In this document: one piece after another, positions 36,475 to 47,300 of the stretch
How positions within the stretch are numbered: the stretch's first letter is position 1
How the letters are laid out: every line of letters starts with the position of its first letter
Source: Lepidodermella squamata
Lineage: Eukaryota; Animalia; Gastrotricha
NCBI GenBank assembly: GCA_047495785.1
Contig: JBLDXI010000003.1
Coordinates: forward strand, 2,604,001-2,668,000
Length of the DNA stretch: 64,000 bases
Reading direction: 5' to 3'
Made by a program: the position numbers and the translations under genes
The notes under the pieces: model-generated
Databases searched by the model: none
What the model was told of the DNA's origin: nothing
The model's input: the letters and a program-made list of their open reading frames with translations, nothing else

Positions 36475-38448
36475 TTATTTATTTGCTTGCTTCTGTTGCT
36501 TTTTCGCGTTTTTCCTCGCGCTTTTGAGCTGGGCACGTTTCGACATTTTCTCTGCCTCCTTCGCGGCTTTTTTAGCCGCCAACGTGGTTTGAACCTCTTC
36601 CAACTTCTTTTTCAGCAGTTTACCTTCAGCGTCGATTGGTTCAATAATAGCACCTTTTTGCGTTTCAACACGAGGCTTGATCAACTCGCGTCTGCTCATT
36701 TCAGGCACCCACTCGCGCCCAATAGGCTGTCGCACGCTTCGTTCGAAAGCTCGCGCCGATGTGAAAGGGAAAGGCACAGTTTTCGGCTGGTGTTTAACCA
36801 CGCCTTCACTCGCTTTTTCCGGAAGTTCTTTGATGATAACATGGGGAGTCTTCGCATCCTTTCGGACGACTTTCGGTCCTCGAATAACAAATTTTCGCTT
36901 TCGTCGGGGTTGAACTCCCGGACCAGCCCAGTCACCCCAGCCAGGCAGAGATAGATCGATATCTTTCGGCTGCTCCTTATTCGCCAATTTCTCCTTTTCT
37001 GACATAAATTCAGCGACAACATCGTCCTCCGCAAAAGCAGCTGCGACGTCGATCCGTTGATTATCGGAATGAGGAGTCTCGGATATTAATGCGGGTGTTA
37101 AAATAGGTTCGACTCGGCTACTAGTAGCACCAATAGCCTCACTGATAGTCTTTGGAGGCTGCACTGTTTTTTGAGCAGATTTCGACTTTTTCTCAGAATG
37201 ATCGACAATGACTTTAACTTGGCCACCGTGAAATTCCGCATTATCACGTTGCATACTTTCTTCAGCAGAAACTTGCAATTTTTTCAACTTGGCGTAATGA
37301 GCACCTTTATCCTCCGGAGCAGTTTCAACTTCGGCTTCATCTTTTGATTTTTCTGCAGTTGAAGTTGAATAAAACCAAGGATTTTTCTGAGCCAGTTGCA
37401 TTGGTTCAGCAGACTTGGCTACGTTAGTGTCTTCCTCCTCCGAAGATCCACTTTCCTCCTCAGCCTCCTTTCTATTAGCGGTTGCATCTTCGAATGTAAC
37501 ACGCTTTTCAGTTAAACTACGGCTGATTGCAGTCATGTTTTCTACAGCCTGTCGTGCTGATGAGTCAAACCGAGCGATAAGCTTTTGTTTCTCAGCAAAT
37601 TTCGAGCCACCACGATGGCGCAATGATGCACGCTCCTCGATTCGCTTGCGCTCCAAGTCGGCAAGCTTATCAGCCAGAATTTCCGCTGCATCTTCAGGCG
37701 AGGCATTTTCTTCCGCTTTCTTTTGAATAGCTTGCTTCTCGCGACGTAAAACCTGGCGATATCGTCGGCTTTTGATCTTATTTTGATGTTTCTTCTTTTG
37801 AGCTTCGTAGGCGATTTTCATTCGTTGCTTTATAAGTTCGGCACGACGGTGCCTGATTTCTTCCAACGCCCGCTTCCGCATTTGATTTTCTTCGGAACGA
37901 CTTTTCGGATCTTTGAATTGCTTGAGATCTCGGCCATCGTTGAGCAGACGCATAACTTCATCTTCGAAGTCAGTTGCTGGCGTAAAATCCGCGGCATACT
38001 CTTGCAGAGATTGTCCACGTAAGCTAGGTTTCTCCAATGGGAAATGTAAATGAGGAGCAACGCGATTCTCCCAAACGATATTATCCCACTTTTTAACTTC
38101 GTCCTTAACTTTATCGTAAGAAACGATGCGAGATTGCTTTTCCTCTTCAGGCTTCAGCAGAACAGGTTCCAAGACGCCAGCTGGTTCCTTTCTCTTGTTT
38201 TCAATACGTTTGAGAGCTTTCTTAAGGCCAAGCTTATTTGCGTTGCCGGCCAATTCATCAAGTGACAAGCGGCCGCTAGACGATGGAAGACCAAACTCAG
38301 ATAACTGCGCGGCAGCCTCGCCACGCTGGTGCTTGTATTTGGCTTTTGAAGAGCTACCCAGTGACTGAACATCAGCTATAAGCTTTCGGTGCTTATACGG
38401 TTCGATCATCTCTTCTTCCTCCATATCATCGAAGTCTGCCGAATCCAT
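36475..38448 (-). CDS. UTP14: U3 snoRNA-associated protein 14 (SSU processome), intronless, ~657 aa
   Basis: First ATG at 38448 (MDSADF). Motifs: KIKSRRYRQV, RIEERASLRH, AFAEDDVVAEF, LPGWGDWAGPG, VPFPFTS..FERSVRQPIGREW. Confidence 0.93.
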   Translation of the reverse strand: MDSADFDDMEEEEMIEPYKHRKLIADVQSLGSSSKAKYKHQRGEAAAQLSEFGLPSSSGRLSLDELAGNANKLGLKKALKRIENKRKEPAGVLEPVLLKPEEEKQSRIVSYDKVKDEVKKWDNIVWENRVAPHLHFPLEKPSLRGQSLQEYAADFTPATDFEDEVMRLLNDGRDLKQFKDPKSRSEENQMRKRALEEIRHRRAELIKQRMKIAYEAQKKKHQNKIKSRRYRQVLRREKQAIQKKAEENASPEDAAEILADKLADLERKRIEERASLRHRGGSKFAEKQKLIARFDSSARQAVENMTAISRSLTEKRVTFEDATANRKEAEEESGSSEEEDTNVAKSAEPMQLAQKNPWFYSTSTAEKSKDEAEVETAPEDKGAHYAKLKKLQVSAEESMQRDNAEFHGGQVKVIVDHSEKKSKSAQKTVQPPKTISEAIGATSSRVEPILTPALISETPHSDNQRIDVAAAFAEDDVVAEFMSEKEKLANKEQPKDIDLSLPGWGDWAGPGVQPRRKRKFVIRGPKVVRKDAKTPHVIIKELPEKASEGVVKHQPKTVPFPFTSARAFERSVRQPIGREWVPEMSRRELIKPRVETQKGAIIEPIDAEGKLLKKKLEEVQTTLAAKKAAKEAEKMSKRAQLKSARKNAKKQQKQANK

Positions 38449-38654
38449 TTTCTCAATAATGAAATTCAATATCTATAAGTTGGAAATTACAGCTTATGCC
38501 TAGTATCGCACACCACAGAGAAAAATAAAAGCACAGGGAATCATAAAAAACAGGGCACCGGCTAATCTGCCAGCACAAGGGAACGTAGCATAATGACACA
38601 TAAACTCGCTGAATGCTGAATGCGATTGGCCGGTGGGGCACCGTAATCTGGAGA

Positions 38655-38666
38655 CTGTCACGTGAC
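38655..38666. promoter_or_regulatory. Palindromic E-box (CTGTCACGTGAC) in the ~400 nt UTP14 / TMEM186 bidirectional promoter
   Basis: The same 12-mer as at 9085-9096, midway between the divergent ATGs at 38448 and 38847. Confidence 0.6.
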
Positions 38667-38846
38667 CAAAATGTTAAAATATCCCAATTTATTAAACATA
38701 AATTTTATCATTATTCTGCACTAAAATCAAATATTAATGTGTAGGACGAATGGCAGAAACGTGCATTTACCCGGGAAAATTGATCGATTCAAATCGGCCC
38801 CGTCTACATCAGAGAAGTAGAAGTTATCGCAAGTCGTTGATCTCGC

Positions 38847-39425
38847 ATGAATCCCTCACGCTGCTTGTTCCAATATCGTTCCTTGCTAAAATGCAAGCGA
38901 GTTATTCAGCCTTTAGCCCTCTGTTCTACTAAAGCTAAAGTAGCGGACGAGGAGTGGATTCGTGTGTACCGTTTTCCATTTATCGTTCCTCTAAGAGGAT
39001 TCTCCAGATTTAAAATATGGCAGACAGTTGGTTCCATTGGCTTGTGTCCGTTTGTTGTCAATGCCTATTACGCTGGCCAGATAACCGGAGATTTTGCTGC
39101 GGGATCTCTTCTAGGTGCAACCTTGGCGACTGGAACTCTTTACGCAGTCTCTTACTTCTCACGTAACCTTGTCGGGATCGTTTCGGTGAATTCAAAAGAT
39201 CCTTCTCAGCTAAGAATCGGCAGACTTACATTTTGGGGCCGCAGGGTTAATGATATTGTTGATCGAAAAGATATTGTTCCGCTTGGTGATGTCGGCGAAA
39301 ACCCGCGTGATGTTTGGTGGCGCATTCATCGTTACAGCGAGCCGAAAACATCCTATCTTCTAACATTGAAGTTTGGAGGTGTTGATCGACCTGATTTATT
39401 CCGAGAAATATTTGGTGCCAAATAG
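38847..39425 (+). CDS. TMEM186: Transmembrane protein 186 (mitochondrial; TMEM70/186/223 family), intronless, 192 aa
   Basis: Presequence-like N-terminus, then WIRVYRFPFI..FSRFKIWQT, two hydrophobic segments, RIGRLTFWGRRVN and LKFGGVDRPDLFREIFG. Confidence 0.85.
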   Translation: MNPSRCLFQYRSLLKCKRVIQPLALCSTKAKVADEEWIRVYRFPFIVPLRGFSRFKIWQTVGSIGLCPFVVNAYYAGQITGDFAAGSLLGATLATGTLYAVSYFSRNLVGIVSVNSKDPSQLRIGRLTFWGRRVNDIVDRKDIVPLGDVGENPRDVWWRIHRYSEPKTSYLLTLKFGGVDRPDLFREIFGAK

Positions 39426-39520
39426 CTTTTTATGAACAATATTTATTTTGTAATGTAAAAGAGTGATGTCTAAGTTGGTTGCTTCAATGCGTTTCATTTA
39501 GGATTTCAACATTTATAAAA

Positions 39521-42500
39521 ATGCTGGCAAAATCGGCTCTTTCTCGGAGTTTTTATGAAATTGTTCGCGAGAAAACAGTTGATACTCAGGCAGTGACCAT
39601 CCCTCAGGAATTTTGCTCCGCTCTGAGCTATCTTTGCTCGGATAGCAACTTGAAAGCTAGCGAGGGTCAAGCTTTGCTATTGGAATGCTCGACATGGAGG
39701 TTCGTTAGCATAAATCATCATTGATTTCAATTTATTTCTTTGCTGTCATTGCAGGTTGATCAGTCTGTTGCAAGAAGATATTATGGAGAGCGGCATGATG
39801 ATGGATGAAGCGAGCGATGATTCACCTGTCAAATGTGATGCTGATCTGATTCGTGATTTATTCACTCGTTCTCCCGAACTTCGCCATCTCCAAGTTATCG
39901 TTGATTGGCTGCAAGAGTCAGCTGGCGAACTCGCCCAACAACTCCACCACGCCTGTGAAGTTCGCTGGCCCAACCCCACCGATTTCTGGGCTTCGCTCAA
40001 CGATGAAACCTACGGTGAAAAGGTGAAAAAGAGCAATAACTTGCAGATTGATTCCATTTTCGATGACTGCAACTCGTTATCACCAGTCTTAGCTGAGGAT
40101 ATCGATTTACTATACAAGGCTGTTTTCCATTTACTGCGAGCTGGTGAATTTTCAAGGGCGCAAGATCTGTGCAGTAAGGTCGGTCACAACTGGCTTGCAG
40201 CTGCTATTGGCGGTCATCAATTTTTCGAAGACTGCCCCTACGAAAAATTGACTTCAAAAGCCAACGTCGGCAATAGGCATCGATTACTTTGGCAATCAGT
40301 CGCCTGGTCTTGGCTTCAAAACGCGTCGGGTAATCCTGAAAAAGGAAATATGTACGAAAGGGCTGTGTTTGGTATTTTGTGTGGACGACTCGAATCAGTG
40401 CTGCCAGTTGCTAGAACTTGGCACGATCGAGTCTGGGCGTGCGTTACGACTTACATTAACATCAAAACGACGAAAGAGTTGCTTGGAAAATCGCAAGATA
40501 ACACTGAATGCTTTCTACCAGTGACTTATTTCGATCAGCTGAAAGACCTGAGCTCAGTCTTCCGAGTTGCTGATGACTATGACAAACGCCATTCAGCGAA
40601 TAGCCCACTATTCGAGCGGGTTCAAAAATGTTTAATCGAGCATGGGTTAGATAATTTCGGTGAATTGCTAGCTCTATTCATGGAAGTCGCATCAAATTTG
40701 AGCGGAGAAATGCCGACGAATTACTCGTTTGACGACCTTCGATTCTGCATTCATATGCTTCAGTGGTTGAAGGTCCTCGGCATTGCCCCTGCCTCTGATC
40801 GTAGTCTAGTTTCTATTTACATGAAATACATTTCAGCGCTATCTTCTTCCCCCGAGAATGTGGATTTAGCCGCGTTTTACACGTCTCAAATGCCAAAACC
40901 GGTCGAGTTGGACGTATTTGTGAATTACCTCGACCTGAGCCTGCAAAAATCTGTCGCGAAAAATGACGAAGATTTGTTCGTGAAACGAGCCCTTCTCGAG
41001 GCTAGAGCTGTCGGGTTATCGGTCGGGAAAATTCTGGATGAGCTCATCCGGATTCGTTTGTCGAGAAGCCAAACCAGTGATACAACGATAATTCACAGTT
41101 TGACCTGGTATTACCTCCTGGAACCGGTTTTGTCGAACTCCGACGGGGTTATGATCGATTTCCTGCGATATTCCCTGCTTTTGATGAGAAATTACCTGTT
41201 AGACGGGAAGAGTGAATTAGCTCGTACCGTTTTTCGTAACATTAAGGCGGATACTGTTACAATTATTGCCGCTCCCACTCTTCGAGCTAGTTTGAGCCCT
41301 GAGGATCGGTTAACTAGTCCAAATGCTTGTTTAGTTCGTGAGTATTTGAGCTATAAAGCGCTGTTTTTGGCCATGGATCGCTTAAGCGATTGGAATGCGA
41401 CTTTCACGGCGTATGCGCAGAGTTCGTCGGCTAAACAACAGAAAGATACGTTGGAATGGCGAGATTTGGAACGGGCGACGGATGAACTGGTTCAGTCAAC
41501 TTACAACGTGCTGTTATTTGCCGGCCCTGGTTGGCTGGTTGACGAGGCGAATGCAAATGACGGCTCGAAGGACTCCTCTAATTCAGCCAATCGGCGCGAT
41601 CAACTGGGTAAGCATTAACCTTATGTACTACTTTTCCAAAATACGAGATTGAAAAATTTGACTATTTCGTAAAAAATGATTTGAAAATCCGGTAAAGGAC
41701 TAAATACCGTACGGGAGAAAACTGGCCCATGCTGTAAAGCGATAAGTGTTAGCATTATGCATTCTAACAACATTCCGAACGGACGCGTTGCTGAGATGAA
41801 AAATTGCCCAAGCAACAATTAATGAATCGATCACAAGTTCTCTCGGAAATGCTTGTCATTTATGACATTAAAATCGCGAAGAGATAGGCCATTTTCTATA
41901 TATTCAAAGGGATTTTTCGCTCATAAACATATACCTACATTACAACATGGGGTTACAAAGCACATCAATGTATTTCGTTTAGTTCAGACTTCGCTATCCA
42001 AGGGGTACGATTGTAACCACGAGAGTAGATTTCCGCATATGTTGAAACTCTTAAGAGGACTTGTTAGCTGGTAAAGAGTCATGGAATCGAAGGCTGGCGC
42101 AAGATGCAGGTAAATTATATCCATGGGTATGTTATCGTCCAGGTAGAACGCTATATCCAGAGAAAGTGTACAAGGTGGGAAGTGGACATTTCGATACTTC
42201 TGGCAGCTGGGCATTGAACACATTTAAATACCGCAAACAGTGTAGCACGTGTAACGGTATTTTGTAACGTGGGAAAAATTAGCATCCATGATGATGATAT
42301 TACGAGAAACATCCTTCAATAGATCTTTCTGCCATTTCGTCTGAACAACAAGGCGGAAGGGCTCTTTTTTGCATTGATGAGCTACCATTTTAGGATAATT
42401 CTCAACAAACATAGCTAAATCCTAAATACGATATTGAAAATTTTGCGAAATTCGAGCTATTTCGTAAAAAGTGGTAAAGGACTAAATACGTGTAAAGCAG

Positions 42501-44322
42501 GTGTTAGCGTTACGAGAATATTTCGAGCGTTGCTGGGATGAAAAAAGCCCAATCAAAAATGGTACTCTCGCGAAAAGTTTTGTTACTTACGAAAGTAAAA
42601 TCGCTACGAGATCGGTCAATTTTCGGACATGAACGTATACAACATGCAATGTAAGATACAAATTGAGAGATACCTATGATATAATCACGTTTTAAAAAGG
42701 CGAGACTCCGATATTAAATTGTTTGTTAGACCAATTTCCGTTCTACGGGATTTAAACCCGAAAAACCAGCAGAATGCTGCGTGATGAGAAGTGAATCGCA
42801 GCCTTTTTCCATGAGAATGGAAAACAGCTGCCAGTAAACCAGCCGTTTAGTTGGACTTTTGACTGTGTAATCAAGGCCGCCATCAACCGTAAAGAATAGC
42901 GCTGGGGTGAATTTAAACCGACCTGGGATAAAAGACGTGCCGAAGCAAATCGCTGCAATAATCTGAGCAATTGCAATCGCTGATCACCGTCGAGTGATTT
43001 ATGATGATAGGGATAAGTTTCAGAGGCTACAAACTGCCGAGCAATAATCAAGTGACGGCAGTTCGCAGAACTTGAGCTTTGTAAGCTAGTATTTTCATGC
43101 GATTGCTAAATAGTCTTCATTTTCGTCACATAGTTGGACAATTTCGACTAGCGATCGCATCTTGCTAACCATCCCTAGCACATAAGCATCCGTAGTAGAA
43201 ACAGGTAGGAGAAGTCGATTCCTGCACGGCCTTGAGGAGCATTTGTACTGGTAGAGTTGTTCGATCGACGGGCGATCTGCGTCACCCGCCGTTTTCCGCA
43301 TATCATCATCCCCTGCACCTTGGTGTTGAAGCGTGCAGTTTCCCGAACGGACTCCACGCTAATTAATTCTGGTCGAATAAGACTTCCGCTTCGACAGCGG
43401 CCAAGTTGTTTGCCCGCAGCTGCTGGCTGATGTGGGAAAAACTATATGAGAGACTCTCGCCCCCATCCAGGAGAGTTCGACAAGGTGAACGCTGCGCGTG
43501 GCCTTTCTTCTTCTCTCCTGGGTGCTGCACACGGCGTAAGGACTCGAACCACCCCTGCGACATCCCCTCCACGTCGTTGTAGGGGACGGTGCTTCCCCCT
43601 CACCCCAATGATGATGAAATTTTGAAATTACATAATCAGGTAACGATTGAATTGCAAGAACGAAAACATGAAGGTGGGGGAATAAAACTGAATCGACAAA
43701 GTTTAGGTCAGTATCTTTCACTCATGCTTTATTTACTTCATCTTCTTCTTCAATGGCTCTCAAGAGAATAACTGTTATCTCCTCACCACGATTTGTGGCT
43801 CGTCAATTTGAGGCTCTGAGACCGAATTCTGATCCAGTTTGCTTCCTTTAGTCTTCTTAGCAGCCTTGAATTTGATGTGGACTAACTGAGCCTGCACTTT
43901 GAAGTTACCCGGTCTGTTTTGGCTTTCCTGCTCAATGGCTTGCGCCAACGTAACAGCCGGGTAACGTACGTCGGCATTATTCATTTGTATTTGGAGAAAT
44001 GGCTGAACATTTTAAAATCCACCGTTATTTTAAAGAAAAATTGATAGATTTTGATTTTATTCATGACTAATTTTGGTTGATTTTTCAACTTTTTTAACGA
44101 TTTTTTCCCAATTTTTTAGATCGACTCCGTCGACATTTCATCCCTGAAATGACTCTATCACTGTCACTCTGTCTGGCCCGTCTTGGCCAGTCGCGCCGCT
44201 CCGACCGCGTGCAGCTGGTCGACGCGCTTATGTCGTCTCACCCGCGCAACCTCGCCGCCCTATTCACCACGCAACAGCTGACAGTCGTCGCCTGTTCTGC
44301 CAGCTGCATTCTCGCCGAATAA
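39521..44322 (+). CDS. NUP107: Nuclear pore complex protein Nup107, ~744 aa
   Basis: Exons 39521-39699, 39755-41607 and 44120-44322. Motifs: LECSTWRLI, QVIVDWLQ, FHLLRAG...CSKVGHNWLAAAIGG, YERAVFGILCG, TWHDRVWA, YNVLLF..GWLVD, LRRHFIP. The exact start codon is uncertain. Confidence 0.9.
41638..42560. repeat. Diverged direct repeat pair (~41638-41815 and ~42423-42560) in Nup107 intron 2
   Basis: Shared blocks in the same order: AAATACGA.ATTGAAAA, CTATTTCGTAAAAA, GGTAAAGGACTAAATAC, TGTAAAGC, GTGTTAGC, GCGTTGCTG.GATGAAAAA, GCCCAA. Confidence 0.7.
41984..42170 (-). mobile_element. LINE (CR1/L2/Jockey-group) reverse transcriptase fragment
   Basis: LDDNIPMDIIYLHLAPAFDSM..QL..PLKSFNICGNLLSWLQSY matches the DxxYLDFxKAFDxV...GxLLxWIxSYL RT region. 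Confidence 0.75.
42850..43720 (-). mobile_element. Frameshifted relic resembling the C-terminal half of a PIF1-type helicase (Helitron-like)
   Basis: Successive minus-strand fragments LFPHLHVFVL, VLFDQN..VRETARFN and QRYSLRLMAALITQSKVQ (compare RxQFPLRLAxAxTIHKSQG). Heavily decayed. Confidence 0.4.
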
Positions 44323-47300
44323 AACTGTTTTTTCCAAAAAAAATTATTGAATAAAAGTTTTGCATTGAAAACCAGTAATTATCGTGTTATCGTGCTGGTT
44401 TTGTGCGCTCATCTTCATCATCGTTTTTTGTTTTTTTATTATGTGATCAAGACAAAGCATACAACGCAAAGTAATTGAAAAATAAAGCGGCGTTGATAAT
44501 ACTGGAATTACATGTGTTTAATGAAACGTTGTGTTTCAAAAAGGTGGACATGACGGCTGCGAAAAACAAATAGTTGTCAGCAACAAAAGCGAGAGATGTA
44601 GTTTTTAACACGGCTAAGCGGCGGCGACAAATTGCGCCTGCTGTGTAGGTATTATTCGCTCTAATTGCCGGTTATTTCCCAGGTATATTATATTTTGCAT
44701 ATTTGCACACACGTGCGCGCAGAAAATAACTGCGCGACATCACATGTCTCGTTTTCATCATCGTCGTCGTCATTATTATCGAGCCTCAGCTCTTGAGAGG
44801 CGCCCGTTTCATTATTTTACCAAGCGATGTTAACAACAACAAAAATGGCCAGTAGGGCCGTTATTAGCGCGCTATTAAAAATTTTGCCTTCGTCGTCATC
44901 TGATGCCGATGTCAATAGGACAACGGGCTGGTAATGGGCTCGGCAGCCGGTAAAAATGATGAATTTATACGTTTCGCCTCGAACCCATTATTTTTCTTTT
45001 GTTTGTCCGTTTTTGTCTGCGCGCATAAAAATGAAAACAAACAAAACAACAACGCGTAATTGCTATTTATTATTTCAAGACATATCTTGCCCCATCTTAA
45101 TGTCCCATCATCCTTTGAGACCGATAAATAATTGTATGAGTCAATGGCCACGCGGTATCCATAGTATAAATAACGATGATAGCAGTTTTGTATAGCATTA
45201 TAGAAGCGATTTCTGCTCTCTTGTGGGCTTAAAATTCGAAAACTTTGTACTTGAAGCTTCGCTAATTGCGCGCTGGACCCCAATTTACATAATTGCCCAC
45301 TCGTGCTTGCCGGTTTCATGCGCTGATTATCGATATGTCACTTGGGAACGGCGAGTGGCGACAATTTTTTGGCGTGCCGCCGGTGCATATCGGCGCCCGG
45401 CTCATCCGCCGCTTTGCTACTTACTTGCTGTCATAGCGCGGGCCTCCAGATGATATAAATTTTCGATTTTTAAACGATGGCAAATTTGCAATCATCAAAC
45501 GGCCAGTTACACGCGTCAACAATTTTTTTTCTATTTTTCGCATCAAGTGACCATGATGATGGGGTCGTTAATAACGCCCTGCGGCGCCGCACTGGCACCG
45601 ATGTGTGTGTTTGCGGCCAATGCTCCCAGCATTTTGTCGCTGTGTTTTTCGAAATCATTCGCCTGTAAACTGATAAAATTTCGATAAACATCATGATTTT
45701 GTATCGCCACATCGCAGTGACCATCGCAGCTAATCACAACATTCATTATTTGGACATTACGAATCGCTTGAGCTGGTTTTGACCGCACGTTAATACAATG
45801 CTGAATGTCCCTAATTTACTCGCTTTCATTATTTAGACACCTCTACATTTCGACGAGATTTTATATAATAGGTACCTATTTATGGAATATACTGAATTCA
45901 GTAGATTGCTTATTAGATTGACCGAATAAAGGTAGCTACTCATATTTTTTTGTTTTTTTATTCGAAATTGAGTCCATTCACTATGTTGGATTGTAAGGCC
46001 CTTTAACTAGCTAGGCTTATTTTATTCGAATGATGCACTGTTATTTATACCTTTGGTCACCAGGTTAATCAAAGCATTTTTTAAAAGAACGAATTTACTT
46101 TTTTAAGGAGGCCTTTTCTACTTCGATAACATACCCTAATTGTGGGACTTTTATGAATAATTTAGAGCCAAGCACTTGAATCGCGACTTTAAATTACCCG
46201 AACAGGTTTCCCTGGCTGTTCAATTCGGGAAATTTAGGTGCATATGAAAATATTTAACCTTGAATCCAAAACTTTCTCAACCCTAATAAACCTAACCCCA
46301 AACTCGATTCCATCAGTAAATTCGATACGTTAATCACAAATTGTATCATGGGATATAATTCCCATTATTTTTTAAATTCCTCCTTAATTATAAAATTTTT
46401 GTATGAGTTTCCTCTTTGGTTAATCTCATCACGTCAAGGACAGTATTGCAGTAAAAGCGAATGAAGTATTTTTCCTACAATTGAGCTCGTGGTTCCAAAT
46501 TGGTTCCTGGTGGTTCCTGAAGCAATTAAAATTACATTTGCCCTAAAATTCGTGAAAAATTTCGTCTGTCGCCCTTATTCCCAACTTTATCGTCCCAGAC
46601 GTCTGATAGGAACTTGACTCTAGGTAAAACCCGGCCGATATTGCTTATTTATTGCATCAAAGGTAGGTAGCATATAGGCGGTTTTTACTGCTACTTTGAT
46701 ATGCAAAAGGTGTTTATGATACGCCCGAGACGCAGCAGTGGCGTTACAAAGTGACCGCTGCAGCGACAGACAAGCTCTTGACGCGGCAATTACAATTTCC
46801 CATGTTAGAGCATCGGGCAGCGCGAGAACGAGCGGCGCCAAAAGCCACATTTTGACTGGCCAGACGTCGATGACCCTTGGCGCGCGGTGCGCTTTTTACG
46901 GCCACACGTCTCGCGCCTCCACCTTAATAAATGCGCAGGAATGTTTGCCCGAGACAACGTCATCGTCCTTGTTGTTATAATATATACATATTATCGCCAT
47001 TTAGTTGGATATTATACCCGCTAAAAGGTGTTGTGTAACCTAATAAAACAGATAACATCATAAATGACGGCGGCGCCTCGTGCAAAGGTGCATCGCGCGC
47101 GCGCGCGTCCTTCGAAGACAAATATAGCGGCTGCTATGAGACTTCCGCATCCGGCGGGGCAAACACTCTTCACCAATTTCGATCGTTCCTTATTACTTAC
47201 TACATTATATTTGTGTTGGCGCTTCAATGGGCGCCAATTTTAGCGCGCTGCCGACAATGTGCTCAGCAGCCTGTGTTACGATGAGCAAGTCTCATTGTGG

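Noticed and set aside
36487-38372. Antisense and alternate-frame ORFs over UTP14 (likewise over Myc, ACS and Fat exons)
   Set aside because: Shadow ORFs of genuine coding sequence.
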